Positions 10,487 to 20,425 are shown, counted from the first letter of the stretch. The stretch is DNA of 64,000 nt from Dehalococcoidia bacterium (GCA_963663895.2 CAXXRD010000002.1:224001-288000), one strand, 5' to 3'. Notes: generated by a model not told the origin, from the letters alone. Numbers and translations: made by a program.

Positions 10487-10707
10487 TCAGGCCGCCGGTG
10501 ATGCCGGCGCGGCATCGGAGGACTCAGGAAGGAGCGCCCTCACGGCGGGAACGCGATCGTTCGGGATCCCCATCACCGTTTGCGACTTCTGCTTGAGGGT
10601 AGCCTCGATCTCCGCCGCCAACGCGTCGTCCGACAGCCCTTCGTCGTGCGCAATGACGTGGCGCACGCGCTCTTCATCCCCGCCGGCGGGAACCTGTTTG
10701 TCGTGAG
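10487..10707 (-). pseudogene. Frameshifted small antitoxin-like hypothetical protein
   Basis: TNRFPP / DEERVRHVIAH...QTVMGIPNDRVPAVRALL resembles a small FPPGWDEERV-type family recalled from memory; no start codon. Confidence 0.4.
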
Positions 10708-10783
10708 AGGTGGCCCCGATGTCGTGAGAGCCATGACTGAGTGCTAGGGTGTGGAGAAGGAGCGTTGACGCGGAGCGAGATTG

Positions 10784-11948
10784 ATGCCAATGCCCTGGCC
10801 TACACGAAGGGCTACGAGTCGGCCCGGGCGCTCGATCCGGAGAGGGCGCGGAAATACGTCGCGCATACGGTCATCGGCGACCCCGAAGCCGACGCGTTGC
10901 TGGAGGAGCTTGCCCCTCTCGGACAGGAGGAGTTGGGCAGGCTGATCCAGATCGGGATGGACGGCGACGAGCGCGCGCTGCGGGACGTGCCGGCCGTCCT
11001 GCGAGAGTTCTTCGCGTCCTGCGCGGCTCCGCCCGACTGGCTCGACCTCCCGGGCACATGCCCGGCATCCGCATGTACCACCGCAATTCGAGGCTGGTGC
11101 TGGGGGCGATGGTGGCTGGCACCCTGGTGGAGGGATTCGCCACGAACATCGCCAAGTCGTTCTTCATCACGGGCAAGGTGCGGGATCAGGGCATTCGGCG
11201 GCTGAAACAGAACAACCGCCACATGGTGGAGATCTTCCTCCCCGGCGGCCTGGAACGAGACGGCGATGGCTGGAAGCTGTCCGTTCGCATCCGGCTGGTC
11301 CATGCAATGGTCAGGCGCCTGCTGGACACCTCAGAGGACTGGAACCACGAGGCCTGGGGCACCCCGGTCAGCGCCGCCCACACGGGCTTCGCGATCACCG
11401 CTTTCTCAGCGAGGTCCCTGAAACACCTGCAGAGCCTGGGAGCCCAGTTCACCGACGAAGAGCGCGCGAGCTTCATGCAGGTCTGGCGCTACTCCGGTCA
11501 TCTCATGGGCATCCCCGAGACGATCCTGTTCCGCGACGAAGCAGATGCCCTCGAGACATTCAAGGTTGGCCTTGCGTGCGAGCCGGAGGCCGAGCTGGAG
11601 TCGATCTCCCTTGCCAACGCGCTGGTCAACTCCTCTCCACTGATTGCGGGGGTGACCGACCCGGCCGCGCGCCGCAAGCTGGCCCACTACGTGTACCGCG
11701 TCTCGCGCGCGCTCATCGGACCCTCGATCGCCGACCAGCTCATGTTTCCTCGCTACCCGACGGCCGGGGTGCTCTGGTGGTTCCGCATGCAGAACCGGTA
11801 CGACGACTGCATGAACAGGCTCTTCAAGAGTCGCGCCCGGAAGAACAACCAGCTGAGCGCCATGCTCGATGTCGCGATGGTCGACGAAGCGGGGATCAAC
11901 TACAGGCTGCCGGACCACGTCTATGCAGAAGAGTCATCCCGGTGGTGA
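10784..11948 (+). pseudogene. MpaB/Lcp-like (DUF2236) oxygenase, frameshifted
   Basis: GDPEADAL...PPDWLD in one frame continues as RIRLVHAMVRR...WGTPVS...WRYSGHLMGIPE in another (shift ~11050); possible second shift near the start. Confidence 0.75.
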
Positions 11949-12110
11949 TCCGGCGCGGTCATCGCGTTCGGGTCGCTGCGGATGCGCCGTCCTTCGCAGG
12001 ATCCGGGAGTCATGCCTGAGTGGGCGCACTTCAACACGGATCGGCATGAGTCCAGCCTTGCCCCTCGTTTACACCACCGTAAGGAGAGCGGTCACAAGAC
12101 ACAGGAGTGC

Positions 12111-12539
12111 ACGACGACGCTGAACATCTACCTCACATTCGACGACAACTGCCGCGAGGTCTTCGCGTTCTACCGTTCCGTCTTCGGCGGGGAATTTCCA
12201 GCACTACAAACCTTCGGCGACGGTCCGCCCGACATGGGCGTCCCGGACGACGCCAAGCACCGCATCATGCACGTCTCGCTGCCGGTTGGCGACAGCGTCC
12301 TGATGGGCAGCGATGCCAACCCCGCCTTCGGTCCCGGCCCCGGCGCCGGCACCAACTTCTCCATCAGCTACACCCCCACCAGCCGTGCCGACGCCGATAT
12401 AAAGTTTGCTGCGCTCGCTGCGGGCGGCAAGGTCTCGATGCCCATGGCCGACATGTTCTGGGGCAGCTATTTCGGCTCCTGCACGGATCAGTTCGGCATC
12501 GGCTGGCAGATCAACTGGGCACTGCCGCCATCCGACTGA
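12111..12539 (+). CDS. VOC/PhnB family protein (start uncertain)
   Basis: YLTFDDNCRE...FY.SVFGG, IMHVSL, LMGSD, FWGSYFGSCTDQFGIGWQIN; AGGAG SD followed by ACG rather than ATG. Confidence 0.8.
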   Translation, partial: TTTLNIYLTFDDNCREVFAFYRSVFGGEFPALQTFGDGPPDMGVPDDAKHRIMHVSLPVGDSVLMGSDANPAFGPGPGAGTNFSISYTPTSRADADIKFAALAAGGKVSMPMADMFWGSYFGSCTDQFGIGWQINWALPPSD

Positions 12540-12608
12540 CCAGGCGTCTCACGCCGGCGCCCGATTCCCCCCTTCCCGCCAGGCGTGCGGCTCCGGTCCA
12601 TCGGGCCC

Positions 12609-12794
12609 AAGCAGTTGCTGCGGCCGTTGGGGCGGGCGGCGGGGATCTCCCGGGTCCATGCCCATCGTTTCCGGCACACCTTCGCGACCTAGGCCATCGC
12701 CCATGACGCGCGCGAACTCGATGTCCAGCACCTGCTCGGCCACAGCACCCCGGACATGGTGCGCCGCTACAGCGCCACCGACGGCAGTGTCTAG
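12609..12794 (+). pseudogene. Tyrosine recombinase/integrase C-terminal fragment
   Basis: KQLLRPLGRAAGISRVHAHRFRHTFAT*AIAHDARELDVQHLLGHSTPDMVRRYS: HxxR, LLGH and catalytic Y; internal TAG, N-terminus absent. Confidence 0.85.
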
Positions 12795-13045
12795 GCAGCC
12801 TTCTCCCACAGCGATGGGGTGCTGGTGGAGGCGCACTGAACGGTGAGTCGTGGGAGACGGGTGTCCCCCAAGGCGATGAAGCGGTCAATGCAACAGACGA
12901 GCGGCGCCGTGGCGGATGCGACCCGCCCATGCATTCAAGCGGCCGTGATCTCGACCGTGAGGCTGCGGCCCACCGCGCCGAGCGCCTTACGTTCATCGTG
13001 CGCGAGGCGCGCAGGCACGGCGCCTGAGGACAACGGGGCTCCCGA

Positions 13046-14185
13046 CTACTCCCCGGCCCCGAGCAACCCCGCAGCGGCAGCCTCGTAGCCCAGCGGCGAC
13101 ACCGCCACGTGCTTCGTGAGGGCGTGCACGTCGCGCCAGGCGCGGGCCAGCGGCGATGATGCGTCGAGGGCGGCCGACCCCCCAGCCTCGAAGAGGAGCG
13201 TCGTGGCGCGGGCAGCGCTGTTGGCGGCGTGGATGGAGGCGAGAGACACGCGGGAGGCCTCCTCGCGCCCCAGGGCATCTCCCGCCGCGACGGTGTCCCA
13301 GCTCGACCGGGCGACCTCGAAGAACCAGGCGCGGGCGGCGCTCACAAGCGCCTCCGCCTCGCTGAGGCGAACGCGCACGCCCTGGCGGTCGCCCAGGGGC
13401 TCGCCCGTGTACAGCGTGCGGCGTGAGCCGGCGAGCGCGAGGAACTCGTCGATGGCGTGCCGCCCGATACCGAGCGCGACGGCCGCGAACGAAACCGCCG
13501 CGTGATGGTTGAAGGGGTAGTGGTAGAGCGGGCCGCGCTCGAAGGGCCAGTCGTCGAAGACGCCGAAGGTGCGGCGCAGGGGCACGAGGCTGCTCTCGAC
13601 GCGGAAGTCGTGGCTGCCCGTGCCCCGCATCCCGACGGGATCCCAGTTCTCGATGATCTCGACCTCGCTCGCGGGGAAGGCCATGGCGCGGATGACGGGG
13701 CCATCGCTGCCGTCCGCGGGACGTTCGCCCTCAAGGATGCAGTTGGCGGTGAAGAAGGTGGCGTGGTGGGCGCCGCTGGCGAAGTTCCAGTGCCCGCCGG
13801 CGAGGTAGTCGCTGTCGACGGGCCGGGCGGTACCGCCCGGCTTCCCCGAGCCCGCGATAAGCGCCTCCTTCGGCCCGAAGATCTCCGCCTTCGTGGCGGG
13901 CTCGAGGGCGCCCGCGAAGAGCCCGCCGCCCGTACCGATGGTGACGGCCCAGCCGAAGGAGCCGTCGATGCGGGAGGCGGCCTCGAACACCTCGACGGCA
14001 GTCGGCATGGGCATCTCAGGAGCGTCGATGGAGCGCGGCAACCACAGCCGGTATAGCCCTGCCTCGATGATGCGCTCGTTGACGGCAGGGGTCGTGCGCG
14101 CCTCGCGCTCGGAGCGCTCGGCCTCGGCGGCGACGAGCGGGGCCATGTCCCGGAGGGCGTCGAGGTAGGGTGCGGCGGCGTTCAC
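13046..14185 (-). CDS. Acyl-CoA dehydrogenase-like flavin-dependent hydroxylase (HsaA-like group D monooxygenase)
   Basis: G.WNFASG..HA, W...GMRGTGSHDF, PLARAWRDVH. Confidence 0.85.
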   Translation of the reverse strand: MNAAAPYLDALRDMAPLVAAEAERSEREARTTPAVNERIIEAGLYRLWLPRSIDAPEMPMPTAVEVFEAASRIDGSFGWAVTIGTGGGLFAGALEPATKAEIFGPKEALIAGSGKPGGTARPVDSDYLAGGHWNFASGAHHATFFTANCILEGERPADGSDGPVIRAMAFPASEVEIIENWDPVGMRGTGSHDFRVESSLVPLRRTFGVFDDWPFERGPLYHYPFNHHAAVSFAAVALGIGRHAIDEFLALAGSRRTLYTGEPLGDRQGVRVRLSEAEALVSAARAWFFEVARSSWDTVAAGDALGREEASRVSLASIHAANSAARATTLLFEAGGSAALDASSPLARAWRDVHALTKHVAVSPLGYEAAAAGLLGAGE

Positions 14186-14720
14186 AGGGGCAGGGTATCA
14201 GCGGCGGGCGTATCGTTCGGGGCTTATATCGCTGTGTACCCAGGGAAGAGAACCAGGCGTGCCTACTTCTGCTTGTGGCATGCGGCAGGTCCGCAGACGG
14301 CGACTCTCCGCCGGCAACGCCGGACGGACCAGTCGAGCCTGCCAAGCCGGATCCACCCCCATCCACCCCAGCACCGCCGACCGCGCCGCACGACACCCGG
14401 CCCGATAACGAAGATGACACCGATCCGCCGGTGGCGTGCACGGCGCAGGCCCCCAGCCACCCGCTGCCGCCCATACGCTACAACCGGCTCGATATCGAGG
14501 GGGGTGCCGGCGCGCCCGGCTTGGGCATCTCCCGAGGGAATGACCCCAGTAAAGGCAATTTTGACAGCCCAGGTCTCTGTTTCGACAGTCACCAGTCGCC
14601 TCATGTACGGTGCTTGACCCCTTTGTGATAAACCGAGTGGAGACAGCTGCCACGAGTCGACGAAGGCCAGGAACCAGCGTTGGATATCCAAAGCGGTAAG
14701 GCCACGTTACAAATCAAACT

Positions 14721-15236
14721 CTAGCTGCCAATAAAGCGGCGCCATGACAGATGTTTGCGGACCGCAGCGAGATAGGCGCCTTTGAATGGTGCGCTAGCGC
14801 TCAAGTCGATGTCCGCGATATTCATCTGTTCGTCCTGCTCAATGGGCTCCATCTCCCATGCACGACGCATTGCATCACCAGCTGTGTGCCTAGTTTCTCT
14901 GATCAATGCATCATATTTCTCAGCGACGTTCAGAGACTCGGTGTGTAGCCATGCAGCATGAAAAGCTAATCGCTCTTGCACCGCACGAATCTCAGTCGAG
15001 ATACGGATACGCTCGTCCTCGGGCATGCTCACTCGACGGCGGCGGATGACGAAGGGGAATTCTTCGTAGGCGACGACTGCAGCCAGCGCATCGGCGAATC
15101 GCTCCCGCCTGCGTGCCTTTGTCTCCCTACGTACGGTAAGCCAGCCACCAACGATCTGCCCGCTGAGCGCCAGTACACCAGGCAGCGCTGCCGCAACGAG
15201 GGCTGCGACGGCAATCGGCCATTCCAGTACTGCCAT
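14721..15236 (-). CDS. Putative CBASS effector: one N-terminal TM segment plus helical domain, family not recognised
   Basis: Third gene of a tightly packed operon after CD-NTase and E2; hydrophobic N-terminus followed by basic RRETKARRRER. Confidence 0.65.
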   Translation of the reverse strand: MAVLEWPIAVAALVAAALPGVLALSGQIVGGWLTVRRETKARRRERFADALAAVVAYEEFPFVIRRRRVSMPEDERIRISTEIRAVQERLAFHAAWLHTESLNVAEKYDALIRETRHTAGDAMRRAWEMEPIEQDEQMNIADIDLSASAPFKGAYLAAVRKHLSWRRFIGS

Positions 15237-15247
15237 GCTAGCTAAGG

Positions 15248-15745
15248 TCAAGTTGCGAGGTCCTTCCGAGCGAGGACACCGTGAGGGGCTTCAGGCCCGA
15301 GCCATTTGGCCTTACCGTATTTTGCAATGTCTTCTCGGTAAAATCCTTCGCGAATTAGGTGGGTTCGGACGTGGCCGAGGAGCGCAAGGAGCCCGTCTTC
15401 CTCTTGCCAGCGAGACTCACGCGGATCCCCCGGATACCACATGCAGAGCCTGATACGGCCTTTCCCTTCGACAAGGTATCGGTGTGGCGATTCCGTGGGA
15501 CCATCGACAACTACCCGAACCTCTTGGCCTCCGTCCGACCCTCCGAGCATGCCTATGCTGGGCAGGCTCAGTGGTACGAGGATGTCAACCTTACGTGGTT
15601 CAAATCGGTCTGGCTTGATGGTCACAAGATACCGAGTACCGATCGGCTCCCCAGGGACGCTGATCCGACGCTCTAGTTCAGGGTAGATGTCGAAGACACC
15701 ACGCTCGAACCATGGCTCAGCAAGCACCGAGCCTGTCGCCTCCAT
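15248..15745 (-). CDS. Prokaryotic E2 (ubiquitin-conjugating-like) protein
   Basis: SPHRY...RLCMWYP...W, with a Cys at the expected catalytic position; C-terminal W.GPEAPHG; overlaps the CD-NTase stop; start uncertain. Confidence 0.7.
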   Translation of the reverse strand: MEATGSVLAEPWFERGVFDIYPELERRISVPGEPIGTRYLVTIKPDRFEPRKVDILVPLSLPSIGMLGGSDGGQEVRVVVDGPTESPHRYLVEGKGRIRLCMWYPGDPRESRWQEEDGLLALLGHVRTHLIREGFYREDIAKYGKAKWLGPEAPHGVLARKDLAT

Positions 15746-16751
15746 ACGCGCGGGTGTCACGCTGACGTTCCCTGTCTTTGCTCAGCGCTGGGAATCCGGC
15801 GACCGTGAATAGCTTGCCGCCGCTCTCCAGGGATGTCCGCATTTCTGAGTCAGACACCGGGCATGCTTCAACTCGCGAGGGGAACAGTTGGGAGAGTGAG
15901 GTACGCACAGCGCATTCGTCTTCCGCATTGGCAAGGGCTTCACGCACCAACCGACCAGCCCGGGTCCAGCGCTTCACCGCTATCGAGCGCTTGAGCAGAG
16001 TCTTGATCGGGGGTGACACGCCAGCTGGATCGAGAGTCTCGTGCGCCTCAAGATCATCCGCTCCATACTCAAACAGTTCCGCGAGTGCAATCCCCAGGGA
16101 CTTGCCAGCCTCGACGCTCCCCAATGCAAGCGCTTCTATGTTGAACGAACAGATGGCTTTCTCCGAATACTCCACGTTCTCGCCCTTGGCCAACCGGATG
16201 ATCCGTGCCCGGTTCTGTCGGAGCGTTCTCGGCTCCGCAGTCAGCAGCCTCGTGTGGCATTCGGGATGGGAAGCATCCCAACCAGCCTTCTCAATGTTGG
16301 GGATCCACAGACCAGGCTGAGGATCCTTTCGTGTGAGAGCAACGATCAGGTCGACTTGAGGATCGGTGCCGTCCGACAAGGGCTCCCCGTAGGTGACGCG
16401 GATCGCTCGTTTTGTCACACGGAATGCGATGTCTGGATGCTCCGGCTTCAATTGCTCCCGGAGGAAGGCTCGCACGTCATTGATCACCTCGGAGGGCCCT
16501 TCACCCTCGCCGTCGGGGCCCAGACTCAAATAGGCGCGCCTGTCGAGGACGATTCCGCAGTCGGCATCGGTGTCGAAATTGGCTGTGCGGTGCGCGAGCG
16601 AACCGGACCAGTACGTCCGCAGACACCCGGAATATCTGGCCGAAGCCGTCAGCACCTCGTCGCGCCGTTTTCGAGCCGTCATGATGACGTCGTCCCCGGG
16701 GTGCAGCTTTTTGAGCACGTCCTCTAGAATCTCGTTCACATAATTCGTCAC
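15717..16751 (-). CDS. cGAS/DncV-like nucleotidyltransferase (CD-NTase, SMODS-type)
   Basis: SGSLAHRT..DTDAD Pol-beta motif, third Asp in VDLIVA, WIPN...W..SHP, SFNIE, DPAGVS; C-terminal TRAYGG. Confidence 0.8.
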   Translation of the reverse strand: MTNYVNEILEDVLKKLHPGDDVIMTARKRRDEVLTASARYSGCLRTYWSGSLAHRTANFDTDADCGIVLDRRAYLSLGPDGEGEGPSEVINDVRAFLREQLKPEHPDIAFRVTKRAIRVTYGEPLSDGTDPQVDLIVALTRKDPQPGLWIPNIEKAGWDASHPECHTRLLTAEPRTLRQNRARIIRLAKGENVEYSEKAICSFNIEALALGSVEAGKSLGIALAELFEYGADDLEAHETLDPAGVSPPIKTLLKRSIAVKRWTRAGRLVREALANAEDECAVRTSLSQLFPSRVEACPVSDSEMRTSLESGGKLFTVAGFPALSKDRERQRDTRAYGGDRLGAC

Positions 16752-16801
16752 GTTGCGATCCGCCGCCGCCGCGCGGTCAAACGGTCAGACCGCTACCACC
16801 T

Positions 16802-16830
16802 AGCCTATGTGCGCTTATCTCGAATGTCAA
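16802..16830 (-). promoter_or_regulatory. Sigma70-type promoter of the CD-NTase operon
   Basis: TTGACA-17 nt-TAGGCT on the minus strand, ~50 nt upstream of the CD-NTase start. Confidence 0.65.
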
Positions 16831-16925
16831 TATCACCTACGTATGAATGATGTTATTTTTACAAACTGTTGACGAAATTGACCTACCAGGCACTGTGTGG
16901 GATATTGGACTCTAAGAATCAGGAG

Positions 16926-17243
16926 TTGAACCTTCTGAAGATCGACGCTATCTATCGGCACGTTGGCGGTGAGATCCAGCGCGCGCGAAAGCGCCGCGGG
17001 ATGACCCAGAGTGCCTTAGCTACCCGTGCCGACCTCACCCGAACCTCAGTATGCAACATTGAATCTGGCCGGCAACGCCTGACCATCCATGCCCTGCTCA
17101 AGATGGCAGCTGCGCTCGACGTATCCCCTGCCGATCTGCTCCCAGATCCCCAGACTCCGCCTTTGCCCGACCTGCACATGTTGATGGAACGGGGAGCGAG
17201 CCGGGAGGAAGCGGATAGGCTGACACGCATTCTCTCTTCTTAG
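16926..17243 (+). CDS. XRE-family HTH regulator (CapH-like)
   Basis: IQRARKRRGMTQSALA...LTRTSVCNIESGRQ HTH; AGGAG before TTG 16926; divergent from CD-NTase. Confidence 0.85.
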   Translation: MNLLKIDAIYRHVGGEIQRARKRRGMTQSALATRADLTRTSVCNIESGRQRLTIHALLKMAAALDVSPADLLPDPQTPPLPDLHMLMERGASREEADRLTRILSS

Positions 17244-17252
17244 GAGCGAGCC

Positions 17253-17771
17253 ATGACGAGATTTATCTCCGAGGAGAAAATTAGACGTGAAGTGGAGACC
17301 CTTTTCGAACAGGTCGGCATTGAAGGACCTCCCGTTCCCGTAGAGGAGGTTGCGCGTTCACTAAACGCGCGTGTGATTCTCGAACCTTTCAAGACGGATC
17401 TGTCGGGCGTTCTCCATCTAGTGGAGGAGGGCCCCGTCATAGGTGTCAACTCGGCGCAGAGTCGAGCGCGCCAGCGATTTACCATCGCGCACGAGTTGGG
17501 GCACCTGAGATTGCACGGTGAGGAAACGTTCGTTGATCGGGCTTTCACTTTCCGGCGCGATCAGAAAGCAGCAGCAGGCACCGCGCGACAGGAAATCCAG
17601 GCCAATATTTTCGCAGCAGAATTGCTAATGCCGAAACGCTGGCTCGTCGAAGACATTGAGAATCAAGACATCGATATAGCGGATGATCAAGCGCTGCGGG
17701 ATCTAACGCAGCGCTATGACGTGAGCCATGCTGCGCTGGCATTTCGCCTTGCTAATCTACAGCTAGGGTAG
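17253..17771 (+). CDS. ImmA/IrrE family metallopeptidase (CapP-like)
   Basis: RQRFTIAHELGH (HExxH), EIQANIFAAELLMP. Confidence 0.9.
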   Translation: MTRFISEEKIRREVETLFEQVGIEGPPVPVEEVARSLNARVILEPFKTDLSGVLHLVEEGPVIGVNSAQSRARQRFTIAHELGHLRLHGEETFVDRAFTFRRDQKAAAGTARQEIQANIFAAELLMPKRWLVEDIENQDIDIADDQALRDLTQRYDVSHAALAFRLANLQLG

Positions 17772-17904
17772 AGGTCGAGGTCGACCACGTTCTCGTCGTG
17801 CATGTGGTCCTAGCCGTGCCCCTCACTCCGAGCGGGTCGCTCGGGATCGAGTAGGACCTGAGCCAGACGCACGCCTATCGATCCTGATCATTGGCCGTAC
17901 GCTA

Positions 17905-18470
17905 CTAGCTCTCGCATCCAACGCCATCCTGGTCCCGTCCGTCGAACCGATGCGGGTCGTTTCCGACGACCAGGAAGCGGCGATGGGGGATGTCACCATA
18001 GTCAAGGTCCGGCCGAAAGGGCGGGATGCACACATCGGGATACGACGGATCACAGCGGATACTGGACTCCGACGCCAGCGCGGGTGCCGCTACTGGCGCG
18101 GGTTCTGATGCCGCCTCACTATTGGCCGCCCCACAGCCAGCAAGCCACGCGGTGATGGTGACCTGCTCCGTCACGGTCAGAGTGAGAACCCACGCCTGCT
18201 TCACATCGCGGTCCTACCGCGCATAGGCGCACTGCTCGCCGCCGTGTCGATAATCATGGCCGCAATGCCGGTCAACTGGTCCGGCGTGTGACTCCCCTTG
18301 CTGGCGTTGAACGATTGCACCGTCAGGTTCAGGTCCACCCGATCACTGGAGAAGAGAGCCTTCATCGTTGCGGACCAGTCGCAGCCCCCCGACACGTGCG
18401 GATCCCGGAGCGCCACGTGGTGATCGTGCGTGATAGCCCGCGAATTCACGGCATCGTACGTTTCGTCCAA
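17905..18470 (-). pseudogene. Degraded secreted HNH (DUF1524-like) nuclease with C-terminal Excalibur-like domain
   Basis: HDHHVAL...SGG..W...NASKG and CDPSYPDVCIPP..PDLD...DPHRFDG.D.DGVGCES split across frames. Confidence 0.6.
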
Positions 18471-18645
18471 GTCGGTGCGGTCAGGCGTCCTTCACCCCCA
18501 GGTGGTGTCCCAGGAGGGAGGCTTGGCATAAGGAGTATTGTTGGCTGAAACTAAGGCACCCTGCGGGTGGCCTGGTTTAGGGCTAATTGTTGGGTCTAGA
18601 TCGAGAGCGATCGCAACAGGTGTGCATAATACGCGGATGGATTCC

Positions 18646-19521
18646 ATGACCGACCGAGTCCCCACCCGTGAAGAGCTATGCCTGCCGACCCTCCGGGTTC
18701 TTCAGCAGCGAGGCGGGTCGGCCTCCATTCGGGAGATCTCCGATGACATGGCGGTCCTCCTGGAGCTTCCGGATGCCGTGCGCGAGGTGGCTCACGGCGA
18801 TGGTCCGCAATCGGAGTTCGACTACCAGGCGGCCTGGGCACGGACCTTCCTGAAACACATGGACGCGGCCACGAACAGCAGCCGGGGCGTGTGGTCGATA
18901 ACCGAGCACGGAAGAGATCTCACCGCAGAGGCCGACACGGCAGAGGCCGTCGTTCAGGGCAGGATTCTTGAGCACATCCGAAGCTACCAGAAGTCCTTCA
19001 CCCGTCGGGCCAAGAACGCGCCCGCGGCTGATTCACTCGGCAGCACGGAAGACGACGCGGACACCGAATGGACAAACGAATTGCTCGGTGCGTTGAGGGA
19101 GATGCCCCCAGACGCCTTCGAGCGCCTCTGCCAACGGCTTCTCAGGGAAAAAGGATTCACCAAAGTGGAGGTCACCGGTCGCCCAGGCGACGGCGGAATT
19201 GACGGCATTGGCGTCCTGAGGGTCAATCTCATCTCGTTCCAGATCGTCTTCCAGTGCAAGCGCTATGCGGATTTGGTCGGCTCCAGGGCGATTCGTGACT
19301 TCCGGGGATCGATGGTAGGCCGCGCCGACAAAGGCCTCTTCATGACAACGGGCCGGTTCAGTCCGAGCGCGCAGCAGGAAGCCGTTCGCGATGGGGCTCC
19401 AGCCATCGACTTGATCGACGGAAATGAGCTGTGCGGTCTCCTAAAAGAGCTTGATCTCGGCGTACGGACCGAGACGGCCGAGAGAGTGATCGTTGAGGCG
19501 AGCTTTTTCGAGTCGATCTAG
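18646..19521 (+). CDS. mrr: Mrr family (type IV) restriction endonuclease
   Basis: Mrr N-terminal wHTH (WARTFLK...SRGVWSITE.G), FERLC..LL, DGGIDG, FQCKRY, IDLIDG. Confidence 0.9.
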   Translation: MTDRVPTREELCLPTLRVLQQRGGSASIREISDDMAVLLELPDAVREVAHGDGPQSEFDYQAAWARTFLKHMDAATNSSRGVWSITEHGRDLTAEADTAEAVVQGRILEHIRSYQKSFTRRAKNAPAADSLGSTEDDADTEWTNELLGALREMPPDAFERLCQRLLREKGFTKVEVTGRPGDGGIDGIGVLRVNLISFQIVFQCKRYADLVGSRAIRDFRGSMVGRADKGLFMTTGRFSPSAQQEAVRDGAPAIDLIDGNELCGLLKELDLGVRTETAERVIVEASFFESI

Positions 19522-19714
19522 GGTGGTTTCTTGGGTCAGGAGCCGCCGCCCAGGCCCGGCAGAAGCGCTCCCATTCCTCCAGCGATAGCTTGTCGTTCTG
19601 CAGCCGCCGGGCGGGCGCTGGATAAAGAACACCGTGCACGGCCACGCTCACCACCGCGGCGTACGCCGGCACGCTCGTCTAGGCAAAGGCAGCAAGGACC
19701 AGACCACGCTTGGG

Positions 19715-20425
19715 CTACAGACGTGGTCCTTGCGCGCCAGCCTCAGTCTCCCCCGTAAGTTCCCGCCCTCGCAGGAATCCGGCGCCGAGGATCACGGTCC
19801 ACGCCACCCATGGGAAGTAGCAAAGCCTGGCCAGCGTGATCATGTCGGGTTCGGGAACGTTGTGACCGATGATCAGCGCCACGAGGCAGACCAGGGAGAT
19901 CGCCGCCACCGCCAGCGCGGCCATCTTGCGGCGTCCCGATGGGAGGAGCGCCCAGAGACCCAGGTTGAACACCAGGAACCCGGATGCGACCGCCATACTC
20001 GACAGGATCGCGACGCCCGTATCCACGTGATAGACGGCGATGGCCCGATCCACGTCCCGTGCCGAGTCGAGGTCCGTCCCGGCGAGAACGTGGGCAAGCC
20101 CCGACGCGAGGATCCAGCCGAACACACCGACGGTCATGCAGAGGATGCCTAGGCGCGACAGCGCAGCAGCCATGCTGTCGCCGCCGATCGCGCGACTGAT
20201 ACCGGAGAACCCGTAGAGCATCAGGATCAGGCCGAGCGGCACCATGAGCGCCACAGTGTGGGCGATGGCGGCGTTCGATGCCAGCGCCCGAATGGTCGCC
20301 TCGGCGTCGCCGTACTCAGCCCGGTCGAAGACCAGCGCGCCCGGCTCCAGCAGGAAGAACGTCAGCGCCAGAACGGGGCCCGTGATCAGCCCCCAAGCCT
20401 CCAGCCTGTGCACACGCGATCCCAT
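19715..20425 (-). CDS. Hypothetical multi-pass membrane protein
   Basis: About 6 hydrophobic helices; GGAG SD before ATG 20425. Confidence 0.75.
   Translation of the reverse strand: MGSRVHRLEAWGLITGPVLALTFFLLEPGALVFDRAEYGDAEATIRALASNAAIAHTVALMVPLGLILMLYGFSGISRAIGGDSMAAALSRLGILCMTVGVFGWILASGLAHVLAGTDLDSARDVDRAIAVYHVDTGVAILSSMAVASGFLVFNLGLWALLPSGRRKMAALAVAAISLVCLVALIIGHNVPEPDMITLARLCYFPWVAWTVILGAGFLRGRELTGETEAGAQGPRL

Noticed and set aside
12681-12700. In-frame TAG in the integrase fragment as recoding
   Set aside because: The N-terminus is missing and a second stop follows; simple decay is more likely
14260-14530. Pro-rich lipoprotein-like ORF (also the signal-peptide-like stretch at ~8140-8215)
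   Set aside because: No convincing start and truncated; probably gene debris
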